This document shows, piece after piece, positions 38,090 through 50,410 of a DNA stretch of 64,000 nucleotides (positions within the stretch are counted from its first letter, which is position 1; every line of letters begins with the position of its first letter). The position numbers and the translations under genes were made by a program. The notes under the pieces were generated by a model. That model saw only the letters and a program-made list of their open reading frames with translations, made no database searches and was not told where the DNA came from. Source of the stretch: Heteronotia binoei (taxonomy: Eukaryota); the NCBI RefSeq assembly GCF_032191835.1, contig NC_083229.1:86180001-86244000 (forward strand), in the 5' to 3' direction.

Positions 38090-38710
38090 TTGTCAAGGAC
38101 AATAACATAGTGTAAAATGTATGAAACAAAATATTTTCCAGTACATCCCCTTCATTATAATTTTAAGGTATTATATATAAAATACAATAGCTGTTACTTC
38201 TGTTGTGGTATGATTGTATTCAACATTTTAAGTTTCAATCTTCATTATTAATCTATTTTGACAATATCATTTGTTTCCAGCATTGTAGTTTTAATCTGCT
38301 TTCTCAGTGTCCTTTGGAGTTGTACCATCTAAAAACATTTTGTACCAATTTCCTCTTAATGTCTTGGGGATTATAAATTTGATATCTTTTTCTTATATTC
38401 ACTCCCATTTTTGCATTACTGTGTATTTAATATTACATATTTTGCCACTTCTACATATTGATTAGAACCTTTAAAAGTTAAGTAATTCATCAAGGTGCAG
38501 AGGAAGGTCTATTATATATCCTATATCAAGAACCCATTTGTATTTGAGATATTATATTTAAAACAGCCCAAAACAGTATTAAATTTGGTATGCCTTTTCT
38601 TAATCTTCTGTGGCAAAAAATTTGTAGTCTACATTCATCAGAGAAATAGTTCTATAAGATTGTGAAGATCCTCTTAACTTTTAAAGGTTCCTCCCCAAAA
38701 GAAGATATGT
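38090..38710 (-). mobile_element. L1/Tx1-like LINE 3' remnant
   Basis: Decayed peptide NWYKMFLDGTTPK resembles the NFYKMFYRWYMTP motif of the L1/Tx1 ORF2 C-terminus. AT-rich. Confidence 0.55.
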
Positions 38711-38768
38711 TGGGAGACAAGAGATAGTTAAACCACTGACTGAAACTATATTTGTTTGTTTCCTACAG

Positions 38769-39037
38769 GGTCTTTTATGCTGGTGAATACCTCTGGAAGG
38801 TTTGGACAAAGAGCACATCTTCTGCTTCCGCAACTTAAAGAAAATGACACTCATTGCATCGATGTCAATTTTTACGTTTCCAGCAAGACTGGGTCCAGCC
38901 CTGGTGTATTAAATGTTTATGTGAAAGTTAATAATGGACCCCTTGGTAGCCCAGTATGGAATACATCTGGAGCTCCTACAGGAACCTGGATCAGGGTGGA
39001 ATTGGCAATTAGCACCTTCTGGCCAAACTTCTATCAG
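38769..39037 (+). CDS. PTPRM: Internal coding exon (MAM domain; equivalent to human exon 3) of receptor-type tyrosine-protein phosphatase mu
   Basis: Acceptor tttgtttcctacAG and donor CAG|GTatca, phase 1 to phase 0. Peptide [90 protein letters not shown] closely matches the recalled PTPRM MAM sequence and is closer to PTPRM than to PTPRK/T/U. Confidence 0.92.
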
Positions 39038-41658
39038 GTATCACTTCTTATTCTTTTCTTCTTCTTCTTCTTTGCTTTGTCTTTATTAACAGGAAGCAGG
39101 CTAAAACAAATATTTTTCTTTAGCACCTGCATTGAATGCTGCAGTCTGTCTGTGAAGGGGAAGATCTACTTCCCCAGGAAACAAAATTTTGACAATCTAG
39201 AGTGTCAGAATGAAGGGGAAGTACCCACATATATTATTGTAAGCTATGGTTTATAGGCAAATGTCACCTAGACTGAGACACCTCTCTGTGGTGCACATCT
39301 TACTTGAAGGTAAAGGGGCATCTGGATCATGGGGCCAAGAATCCAAAGACTCCGTGGAGATCTCCTGACACTGCTGCAGAAGGAGGTAGTTAAGACACTT
39401 CCAGGAGTTTCCGTTGATGTGCAGGTACAGCCCCTAGACTCAGTCAGCCTGCTTCCTCTGGGATACAGCCCTTCCGATTTAGACTTGCACCCTGAACTCT
39501 TCATCCTACAGCCTGCTGCTGAACCAGCTGTTTCTCATCTGTTGACCTCCTAGGCTTCTCAAAAGTCCTGAACTATGTCAGTCCCATTGTAGTACACACT
39601 ACTGTAACCTAGGCATGGCATCTTTAACTACTAGCAGCTTGCCTCTGAGGGTGAGGGGCCTGAAAGTGTATTTAAGGCCACATTTCATCTGCAAGCCTTC
39701 ACTATAGTACATTCAGCCCCATAGATAAGAGTCACAGAAGAGGGACCCTGGGGGTGAGAGCAAGAAGCTGGAGAGGCTTCCTGCCCCCTCCAGTGTGATT
39801 TAAATTGCATGTAAGCTCCGATTCCCGTTCTACCTTACCTGGAGCTCAGCATGCAGTGATCAGCTTCCAATTCTGAAATTCAAAAGAAAGCTGATTTGTG
39901 TCTCTGCCCTTTTCCCTGCTTTTCTGTGCCCTTCCTAGCATGTTATACACGCTGGCTGAGGGAAGACATGTCCTGGCTGCCCTCCTCCCTCCCGACCCCA
40001 AAAGGACTCTAGCTGCCCTTGCAGCCTGTGCAACCTAGGGGCCTCTCCTCCCACCAAACCCACCCACCAAAGAACTTACTGTTCAGGCTCATGGTGGTGG
40101 AAAACAAGGCAGAACATGGAGCCCCCATCTCTTCATTGCTGGACTAAGGGCTGCTGGGAGCAGGAGGTGGGGCTGGTTTTCCACCTACCCATCCAGCTTT
40201 CAGAATCTGCCCACCCAGCTCTGCTCAGAGTGCTTCAGGGGAGAACTTGCCAGTGCCACTACCTCCTTCATGTGCTGAGGTGATTGGGGTGAGGGGCCCT
40301 GAGGGAGAGCCAAGGCCTGGGTAGGAGGCCTGTAAAATCCATCAGGCTGGGCCTCATGGGGCGCTATGGGCCTGAATACACTGTTGGTTCCAGCTGCAGT
40401 AGCTTGATTCCTGGACATCAGCCTTGAGCTGGCCAGCCCCCTCATCCTGCATCCATGCTTGATTTTCTGGGACAGCCAATTACAGCATTCCCGTACAGGT
40501 CTTATTTGGATGACACAGCTCCTGTTAGTACAAGGCATGGAATCCTTGATCACTGTAAGCTTCTGCTCAGTGAAAATGTTTTTTTTTCACCCCTGAAAGG
40601 TACTATTGGTCATTACAGAATTAATTTCACAATACTTTATTAAGTCTTTCTTTTATTACTATTATATTGATTAGATTCTTGCTAGGTTTGAAATATTATT
40701 ATTCGGTTGCTTAAGCTGGACATTTACGGGACACTGTTCGTTACAGAAAATATATTGCATTATTGTGAGATCCAAAGAAGTGTTTTTGTATAAAAAAAGA
40801 CTTAGAAAAGGGATTTTTTCTGATGTGAAAAATATAGGCAAATAACTCCCACTATCACTCACTGAATAGAAGTCAGCTTGTTAAGTGTAGAATAAGTCAT
40901 ACTTCTGCAGACATTTTGTTATTTTATGTTTCTAAATTTACATTTTCTACAGAAATGCTTCTCAATAAGCATGCCCTTTTGAGGAAAGTTATTGTGTGCT
41001 TTCAGGATAATTCTTGCAGCAAGTAATTACTCCTGTGTCTAGGCCATGCCCTGTAAGAAACAATGCCATGTTAAAATATATGAGTAAAAACTATTTATAT
41101 TCTATTAATTTATGTTCTTTAAATCTGGTTTCAAGTTGTTTAGGCATTTAGATGTTTAATAATTTAACAGTGGCCTCCTAAGCAGGTCTACTCAGAATCC
41201 TTCTGTGGTCATCAATAAGGGTAACTTGTAGAATAGTTTTCTTTGGGAAAATAATCATTGTTTTCACTTATCAGCTAGAGCTGTATCACTAAACCAGGCT
41301 TTTCCTAAGAAACTAACATGAAGGAAGCACAGCTTTTTTTAAAGAATATGTTTGCCATTTCATGGTGCTCTCAATGCACAGTAGTTGTTCTCATTTCAGA
41401 GGATTGATTGATGGTATGAAACTACATTTATTTTTTAGAATAAACTTCCATTTTTTCACAGGTTGTACAGTACTTCTGCTGAATTTGGTCTGTTCAACAT
41501 TTTGCATTCCTATCTACATATACATGCATGCAGGCAAGCTTAGAATACCTCTGAAATAAACTACAACTTTTCACTTCTTAAATCATAGCTTTCTTGTTTA
41601 CATGGTGCAGTAATGACCTACTGGGAAGTAAATGCACATGTAAACCCTTTTTCTATAA

Positions 41659-42790
41659 TAGGATTGCCAAGTCCAGTTCAAGAAATATCTGGGGACTTCG
41701 GTGGTGGAGCCAGGAGACTTTGGTTGTGGAGCCAGCAGCAAACTTGTGACAAGCATAATTGAAGTCCAAAGGGAGTTCTTGCCATCACATTTAAAAGCCT
41801 TCTAAATGCCCATAGCAGCGCGCCTCGCGGTCTCACTAGATCGCTTCTATATGTGGCTTATGGCTACCCCAGCCCCTCTTCAGCCTCAGTTCTTCCTCTT
41901 GAATTTTACCTCACGACTAGGAAACTCAAGGGGTGGGTGTAATATGGATTTCTCAATACTAGTCTCTTCGGGGGTTTTGTTTTGCTTTCAGATGGATATA
42001 AACTCAGTTTGTAGGGGACCACAGCAGCTTTGATAGTTTTCCCAATATACTGGCACCAGAGAACTTTAAAGTAAACCACAGAAATTTATTAACGTACAAA
42101 CACCGTCTTCAACTGGGGAATGGGAAATATATACATGGGCTATATTGTATCTCAAGCAGTTAACAGTTTCTTTGTAGTTCAGGCTTTATAATATCAAGTT
42201 CACTTAGGTCTCTCAGGTTTCACAGATCATACAGCTTTCACTCTCCAACACTATTCTGGGTTGGCCTCTTGGGTATAATGTGCCAAGTCCCTTAAGTCGA
42301 CTGGTGTCTCTTCTCCCAGCCCTTCAGACTTCTAGACCCACATCTTTCCCTCAACCACCTCTTTAGCTCTTAAGAGAAGTGTCTCTGTGTCTGTGATCTC
42401 GCAGGTCTTTTACTATGACTCTTCTCTAGTCACACACAAGCCCATGGCTGTCTAAATAGAGTGAACAGTGAGCTTTGCTTCTCTCGAAAGATCTCCTCAG
42501 CTCCTTTCTCAGCTCCTTCTCAGACCAACTGCTCTCTTCAGCAGTCTCCCTCAGACTCTGTCTGTCACTAACTGCCCTCAGCCGTTAGCTGTCAATCACC
42601 TCTGAGAGTTCTGAGCACTCTGGCCCCCACCCTCAGATCATCTGATGCAGGCTCTATGCGTCCTTAGTTTTCTTGTTAACCCATTCATTACCCTCACAAT
42701 GCCTTTTAAATGCCTTCTGTCAATTTGAAATAATGAAGGATATGTGCACCTTATTTTGGGGGCTCATAGAATTGGACCCCCTGGGTCCCT
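41659..42790. mobile_element. hAT MITE related to 1162-1680 (reverse orientation), split by an unidentified insertion of about 890 bp (41811-42698)
   Basis: 41659-41810 and 42699-42790 are contiguous reverse-complement pieces of 1430-1680. ATGCC flanks the insert on both sides. Confidence 0.65.
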
Positions 42791-43690
42791 TCTTAATAAT
42801 TCCCTTCCTAATAATTCCCATCATAGAGTTGGCCTTTTTTATTGCAGTCACACACTGTCTTAACATTTTCAGTGAGTTATCTACCATGACCCCAAGATCT
42901 CTCTCTTGGTCAGTCTCTGCCAGTTCACACCCCATCAACTTGTATTTATGGTTAGGATTTTTGGCTCCAGTGTGCATTACCTTGCACTTGGCCATGTTGA
43001 ACCTCATTTGCCATGTTGACGCCCACTCACCCACAACAGATCCCTTTGGAGTGCCTTGCAATCCTCCCCGGTTCTCACCACCCTGAACAATTTAATGTCA
43101 TCCACAAACTTAGCCACTTCACTGCTTACTCCCAACTCTAAATCATTAATGAACAAGTTTAAAAGTAATGGACCCAGTACTGAGCCCTGCGGCACTCCAC
43201 TGCTTACCACCCTCCACTGAGAAAATTGCCCACTTATACGCATTCTCTGCTTCCTATTAATTAGCTAGTTTTTGATCCACAAGAGGACTTGTCCTTTTAC
43301 CCTATGACTCTTGAGGTTACTTAGGAGCATTTGATGAGGAACTTCAACAAAAGCTTCCTGGAAGTCAAGGTATATATCATCTATTAGGTCCCCTTTGTCC
43401 ACATGTTTGTTCACTTCCTAAAGAACTCTAACAGGTTAGTGAGATAAGATCTTCCCTTACAGAACCCATGCTGAGTCTTCTTCAATAGCTTTTGTCAATC
43501 AATGTTCCTACTAATTCTCTCTTTAATAATGTTTTCCTCCAACTTTCCTGGTATTGATGTCAGACTGACTGGCCTGTAATTTCCTGTAATCTCCTCTGGC
43601 AACCCTTTTTAAAGATGGGGGTGACATTAACTACCTTCCAGTCCTCAGGAATGGAGGCAGATTTCAGTGAAAGATTACATGTTTTTGTCA
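42790..43690 (-). mobile_element. CR1 LINE RT fragment
   Basis: QWRVVSSGVPQGSVLGPLLLNLFINDLELGVSSEVAKFVDDIKLF and WQMRFNMAKCKVMH...ERDLGV. Confidence 0.9.
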
Positions 43691-44094
43691 ACAAATTGAA
43701 CCTTATTTAAATAAGACTGAAATATTGTTGGTGCATGTTAGTGCTGATCATGTAATTGGGAGATAATCTAGTCTGGATGGGATTGCATTTGTCTTGAAGG
43801 AGCAGGTTGCTTCTTTGGGATACTGTTAAATCTGGACATATGGATATTCAGATTTCTAATATGGTATGCTTAGCCAGCATCAGCTGATTTACCAGCTGTT
43901 TACCAGTTGTAACCCTTGCTTGAAAAGTAATCTGATCCAAGATCTTGTCATTTTCTGGCCTGGTTAGTGTGGTGCACTCTATGTGGCCTGCTCTTGAACA
44001 CTGTCTGAAAACTTCAGTTAATTAAGTTTGCTTGCTGGAGTCGACTACAAGTATAACATAATTCCATAGTTGAAATATCTTCACTAGCCAGCTG

Positions 44095-44720
44095 TTTGCT
44101 TCAGTACCTTTATTGGCATAAATTATAAACATAACAAACAAAAGAAAACAACATGAGTTGAGCATTACAGAGGACGAAGTTCCCCATCAGAGGAGTTTGT
44201 GTTATGCTTCCACATCCTCATGGCAATTAGAAGACACCTTGCTGCTAAACAAATACCACAAGGGCACTGGGCCAGCAGAAGATATAGCACAAGCCTCTCA
44301 TTGAGCTATCCATGAAAGTTGTGCAGAAGAGGGCTAATTAAAGAATTGCACAGTTTAACATAGAAATCACAGTACAGCAAAACATGGGGTACCGATTGAA
44401 GATTTCTGGCCTTGCATGGACAAAATCTTTCATGATAAGGAATGTTTGCAATCTTCCAAAATGAACCACTGAGGGAAGAGTGTTAAATCTTGCAAGCATA
44501 AAAACTCAACATTATTGAGGAGATGTTAAGTATGAAAAGTAGGATGTTAAGAATCCCATGATCAGGTGTGATACCAAACTCCAGCAAGGAGCATGTCCTG
44601 TTTGCTAAAGAGGAGAGAGTTTGTTTCTCTGTATCCAAAAGTCTCTGTTTTGATGATCTAAAAGCTTGAGTTTCTTCTAACATAAAGAGAGAATTAAGAG
44701 GAATACCAATAAGACTGTAT
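44095..44720 (-). mobile_element. RTE-X-like LINE 3' fragment
   Basis: 3' end cctttattggcataa is shared with the 7015-8335 element. Decayed coding remnants. Confidence 0.5.
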
Positions 44721-44789
44721 TTTACTCAAAACTGAACGTGACCAATTAGTTAAGGAGCATGTACAGCAAATGATTAGGGGATGCAGACC

Positions 44790-45350
44790 TATAATTTATT
44801 GATTTGATTTGTATTCCGCTCTCCCCACCAAAGCAGGATCAGGCGGTGTAGGCAAAATTTTAGGGTTAGGAGCCATGCTCTGGTCTTTAAAAGGCTCTAA
44901 AATGTTTTCAAACACATAACCACATAGCTTACAGCGTTTGGGATTCCCAAAGTACGGTGCAGAAACATTGCCTGAATTTGCTCAACACATTGGTTGAAAG
45001 CACAGCATAATTTCTACAGACAGGGTGAATTCCCTCCACAGGTTGAACTGCATGCTGGAATTGGTAAGGCCAGACAGAAACCATGATAAAAACTTTTGCT
45101 GCCTCAACTGTTGGCTTGGTGGAGCGTCTCTGTTTCACACACCCTGTAGAACTGAGCAAGGTACTGCAGAGTGCAGCTAATACTAGGCAGAGAGTTCCAC
45201 CAAGCTAGGGCCAGGTCTAAAAAGGCCCTGGCCCTAGTTGAGGACAGCTGGGCATCTTTTGGGCCAAGGATCACCAGTAAGTTTTGATCTCCCCAGCTCT
45301 TCAAGTGGCATACCAGGTCAGGCAGTCCCACAGGGTGCCATTAAGGTAAA
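44790..45350 (-). mobile_element. L2-clade LINE 3' fragment
   Basis: STRARAFLDLALAWWNSLP peptide and a 3' tail atttattgatttgatt. Confidence 0.7.
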
Positions 45351-45475
45351 TCAGAAGAAATTGTCTCTTATTGACCAAGGAAAGTAATTGAAGAACTGAG
45401 CCCGTTTGTGGGAGAGGACAGGATATAAATCTAAAAATCTAAATAAAAAAAAAGAATCATAGAATATATTTAATT

Positions 45476-46610
45476 GTGGGGTGCTCTCCCTGTTCAACAT
45501 CTACATGTGCCCCCTTGCTCAGATTGCATGGAGGTATGGGTTGGGTTGCCACCAGTATGCTGATGACACCCAGCTCTATCTGCTGATGGACGGACGGCCT
45601 GGCTGTGTCCCAGAAAATCTGGTGCTGCAAGCTGTGGCAGGATGGCTTAGGTTGAGTTGCTTGAAGCTGAATCCAGCGAAGACAGAGGTCCTTTGCCTGA
45701 GTCGCGGCGGTCTGGGCAGGGAAATCCTCTTACAGCATTTGACAGTGCGCCACTGACAATAGCGCACAAGGTCAGAAGCTTGGGGGTGCTGATGGAGTCA
45801 ACCTTGACAATGGAGGCCCAGAAAGCCACTGCTAAATCTGCTTTTCCCCATCTTAGGTGGGTGAAGCAGTTGGTCGCCTTCCTTGCACGTGGCAACCTGG
45901 CAATGGTGATCCATGCAATGGTCATCTCGAGGCTGGACTATTGTAATGCCCTCTACTTGGGGCTGCCCCTGTGTCGAACCCAGAAACTACAGCCAGTGCA
46001 GAACGTGGTGGCCAGGCTGCTATTGGGGCTTCCCAGTTGGGAGCACTTACAGCTGGGACTGCGGGAACTGCACTGGCTGCCAATAGTATACCGGATTCGT
46101 TACAAGGCGCTGGTTATTACCTTTAAAGCCCTGTATGGCCTAGGACTTACCTTCCTTAGGGACCCTCTCTCCTCACACGTTCCCCAGAGGGTACTTCAAT
46201 CTGGATCTCAAAATCTAGTAGTAATCCCTGGGCCAAAGGAGGCCAAACTAAAGACCACTAGAGAGAGGACCTTCTCAATTGCAACCCCCTACTGATGGAA
46301 TCAACTACCAGAGGAAGCGAGGGCCCTGTGGAACTTTGCCCAGTGCAGCAAGGCCTGTAAGACCACTCTCTTTCTGGTTGGCCGAGCCTGTATCGTAGGG
46401 AAATTGAAGAAATACTGTTGCCACCAAAATGATATAATATCAAAGATTTAGCACCAAACTACTCTGATTTGGAATTCCCAAAGTATGGTGCAGAAACATT
46501 AATATTATAATATGTATGGATTTTAATTGTCTGTTGTGGTTTTATACTGTGAGCCATTCTGAGCCTGCTTCGGTGAGGAGGGCAGGATATAAATCAAATC
46601 AATAAAATAT
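45476..46610 (+). mobile_element. L2-clade LINE, RT plus 3' end (5' truncated)
   Basis: LFNIYM...CHQYADDTQLY...LKLNPAKTEVL...SRLDYCNALYLGLP...LHWLP. 3' tail ggatataaatcaaatcaataaa. Confidence 0.9.
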
Positions 46611-46859
46611 TTGAAAAAGAATTTGTCCAAGCCTGAACTGGTACAGGGCAGTTGGGAGATTGGCTACTATCAAAGAAAGCACCTGAATACAGAGGCTAGA
46701 ATTGTTTGCTATTTTTGGTTAAGGAACCATAAATAAATAAATCCCAGTTCTCTTCTTATGAGCAATTGTATTTTAAAGTTGTTGGTTTTTAAATTTAAAA
46801 TAGCTAGTGGGGACAGTAGTTGCTTTGCTGCTACAATAAGAATAGTATGTAGCACATAA

Positions 46860-47270
46860 CTGATATTTCAGTCTTTGATGTTTACCATCAGACCATACAT
46901 AGTATTATTTCTAGATAAATTATGGCAAGCTCCAGTTTTCTGTTGAAGTGAACAATTGATGGTAATAGCAAGAATGCCATAGGACCAAAGAGCCTCAGGG
47001 AGATTTTCATCATTTGTTAATTGCTGATTTAGCTCACTTAGCCTTTTAGTATTGATCAGCTGGTTGATACTCTCATCCACTCTTTGTGACAATCTAATTA
47101 TTTGGAGGATTAGTATGTTCTTGCAGAAAGTAGTGGGAGGAGGTGATGATTGAGAGAGGGATTCATACTCAAGGATAGTGATCAGAGGAAAGTGGTCACT
47201 ATTAACACACTCGCCTACGCAGAAGTCCAGAATATGTCTTTTCATGGTAAAGGAAACAGTAACATAATTG
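46860..47270 (-). mobile_element. LINE endonuclease C-terminal remnant (RTE-X-like)
   Basis: ILDFCVGECVNSDHFPL contains the APE SDH motif. Confidence 0.5.
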
Positions 47271-47579
47271 ATAATGCTACCACCCCAAGTGGAACTAAAT
47301 GTATATTGGCCAGGAGAATCCTGAGGTAGGGATCCATTTTATTAGATGGAATACAGAAATTAGCCCAAAAGACTCCACAGAATTAACTTGAGGGTCTTTG
47401 GAGTGTTTTATAGAAAGGAAGAAATTAGGGAAGGAATCATTTGAGGCAAAGCCCATGGCCTTACATAAGAGCTGGTAATCCTTCCCACTCCTAGATTAAA
47501 ATCTTCTGCAATCAAAAGTTCTGCAAAGGGTATTTCAGCTCAAGGCTCACAACAGGGATGGGTATGAATCAAACCTGAC

Positions 47580-49830
47580 ACCATGGTTGTCAGGAACCGT
47601 TCCGGGTCCATCAGGCTCCGCGGCGAGCCAAAATATGCTCTCCACCTAAACGGGTTTGGGGTGGCATATCCATAGAGCCTTGAGGGCAAAGTGATCCGAC
47701 CATGGCACTGCTTCCATTGCAATATCGTTCACTTGTACTCCCGCCGCGAAGACCAGGTCTAACATGTGTCCCGCCTGATGAGTGGGCATTGTAACAACCT
47801 GGGAGAGTCCTAGTGTCGCCATGGATGACACGAGATCCATCCCCTGGCCGGAGGCCGCATCGTCGGCGTGAACATTGAGGTCACCCAAGACCAGTAACCT
47901 TGGGCACTCCAACGCCCAGCCCGCCGCAGCCTCCACCAGGGATGGTAAGGCGGCGGCTGGTGCGTTAGGCGGTCGGTACACCAGCCAAATCGCCAACCCC
48001 TCCCCAACGTCCCACATCAGGCCAGCACATTCAATGCCCGGGATCTCCGGGGCCGGGAGAGCCCTAAAGGAGTAAGCCTCTCGTATGAGTAATGCCACTC
48101 CTCCCCCCCGCCCGCTAGTCCGTGACTGGTGGAAGACCGAGTAACCTGGGGGGGTCATCTGGGAGAGAGCCACGGTCTCCCCATCTCGCACCCAGGTCTC
48201 GGTCACGCAAGCCAGGTCCGCGTCCTGCTCGAGCAGGAAGTCCCAAAGGACACCGGTCTTATTGTTGATGGACCTGGCGTTGCATAGCACCAGTGTCGGA
48301 GGTGGGTAAATTCGTCTGGTCCCACTACCTGTCACCGTCGGGATGGGACGCAGGCTGGAAGGTGGTCGAGCACTCTCATGTCTCAGCCTCCTTCGCTTGT
48401 AAGTCTGCCTGCTCCCACCGTCATACCTTCCCCTCCCCAGGAGTACCGGAATCTCCAGGCCAGTCATCTTCTGTGGTGGGCACCAATTCGTCGACTGATG
48501 GTGGCAGAAATTCGGTAAGTAAAGTGCTGCTGTATATAAGGTACGGAGTAGTAGGTTAAAGTGTTAAAGTGCAAGATTCTACTACTTATATTATGGAGGC
48601 TCTAAGAACTAAAGTGCGGTAGTGTCAAAAGTCCAAAAAGTGCAAGGCGGCAAAGTCTAAAGTGCGGTAGTGTCCAAAAAAGTGCAAGGCGGCAGAGTCT
48701 GAAGTGCGAGGTGTAAAGTGGCAGAGGAGGATATTGGGTCTCAATCTTGTTCTCTCTTAGATGGTATGATTGCATAGTTCTTATAATTGATAGTATTGAC
48801 TCTCTCATTGATGTTCCTGTTGGGGGGTGGGAGAGTCTCAGAACTCAGGCAGCCTCCACCCAGCTCAGGGCTCCAGGGGGGTACTAGTCCTCCCTGTTTC
48901 CCACAGCCGTGCGGCCGCTGTCCTGGTGACTCAGTTACCGGGTGAGTTGTAGTTCACCCTTTCTCCCACTGGGCGTCCTCAGCTCACTCTCCACCCTATA
49001 TGCGGACTCCAGGTGTTTACAATTCCACTAGGGAAGAGAGGAGAAAAGAGGAAAGGGGAAGAAGCGGAGGGGGAAGAGGGGGGGCCGTCGTCCCACTGGT
49101 AGACTAGCTACCCTGGTACTTCGCCCCTCCTTACCTCATCCGCAACTATCTCCAAGTACCCTGGCGCCACAGTCTCTCCAACCAAAATGCCACTCTTCGG
49201 CACTCCTCACTATTCCTCACACTCTCCGCCTCGCACCCCCGCCTCGTGCAGTCTCCGGCGGGATCACTGGCGAGATGGCCACTCGGGTAGATGGTCCTCA
49301 GGCGGACGGTCCCCAAACAGGCAGTCTGTGGGCTCTGTCGCCTCAAACTCCCGGCCGTCTCCGCTCGCAGGTGTCCGCAGCCGCCGCTCATCAGCCGCCG
49401 GTCGTCAGCCCCGCCAGCCCTCAGCCCGCTTCAGTCTGCACACTCCGGTCACAGCGTTTCTCACCATCTCGGTCATCTTCACTCACCCGCGTCCGCAGCC
49501 GCCAGTCGTCAGCGTCATCCGCTGACAGCCTGACTCAGTCCACACCTCCAGCCACACCGTCTCCGGCGTCTCAGCGTCGAGGCTGGGGCCGGGGCCGGGT
49601 TTGGGCCGTCTCAGTCTTCTCGGCCCTCGTTGGTAAGCACTTTCAGTCTAGTCCGTTTATAACAGCAGCAAATTAGCTCACCGGGAATGTAGCTTATCTT
49701 CGATATAGGTGTTATAGATGTTATAGGTGGCGTTTCCAGCGTTCTAGAATATGTTGTTATTGTTATGGTTGGAGCTTTAGCACAGAGCTTTAGCACGGAG
49801 CTCCTCGCCTCGCCGCCATCTTGGAATGAG
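47580..49830 (-). mobile_element. 5' half of an L2-clade LINE (CpG-rich 5' region plus APE endonuclease)
   Basis: ORF 47646-48467: LCNARSINNK...CVTETW...GRGGGVAL...VYRPP...LGDLNVH...LDLVF...SDHFAL. It breaks off after MDPERFLTT at about 47583. Confidence 0.85.
49812..49823 (-). promoter_or_regulatory. YY1-type motif at the LINE 5' end
   Basis: Minus strand CAAGATGGCGGC is a consensus YY1 site at the apparent 5' terminus of the L2 element. Confidence 0.5.
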
Positions 49831-50366
49831 CACTGAAGGCATTTAAATGCCTTTGGAGCTTCCTTCTGGATTGAGCTACCCGGCCAGAAGTGAGCACCAA
49901 AGGTATTTAAACTTTGGAGCTCAATGTGGATGGTACAAACCACAAACTGGACTCCATCCAGTGGAGGAGTTCATTGAAAGTTTGGGGTGTGTGAAAATCA
50001 TGAACCTCCAACAAACCTCCATTTTTTTCCAGTTTGTGCCCATCCCTAGTCCACAATATACACATTTAAACAGTTCCATTGGGCTGCATGATCAGGTCTG
50101 TTATTACATGGGGTAAGTATACATTAATAACCTTAAATAAGACAATTTGAGAAGAAATGCTTGGGCAGGAAGAGGGCAAGAATACAGAATGATAGGCTCA
50201 ACTTTTAGCTGTGTTGAGACCAAGCAACACATACCTGTTCTATGAAGGCCCTATGCCCAGTTTTAGAAGCCAACATTGAGCTAGAAATATACCTTTCTGA
50301 CTCTCTTTCCTCCCCCTCCTTCCTCCCTTAAAGAGGAGGAGCAGTCCTGTAGAAGGAAGCAGAAGC

Positions 50367-50410
50367 TGTGTGTGTGTGTGTGTGTGTGTGAGAGACAGAG
50401 TGAGAGAGAG
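50367..50410. repeat. (TG)n/(AG)n microsatellite
   Basis: About 12 TG units followed by AG-rich units. Confidence 0.9.

Noticed and set aside
38756-39256. 166-aa ORF as a stand-alone gene
   Set aside because: It is the PTPRM exon plus read-through into intron on both sides. Canonical splice sites delimit 38769-39037.
39262-39600. LTR-like segment just downstream of the exon (similarly 53692-54393)
   Set aside because: The composition is LTR-like, but I found no matching TG...CA ends with a TSD, so the boundaries are unsupported.
48610-48720. CRISPR-like or otherwise functional array
   Set aside because: It is three degenerate adjacent units without unique spacers, inside a LINE leader in a vertebrate genome.
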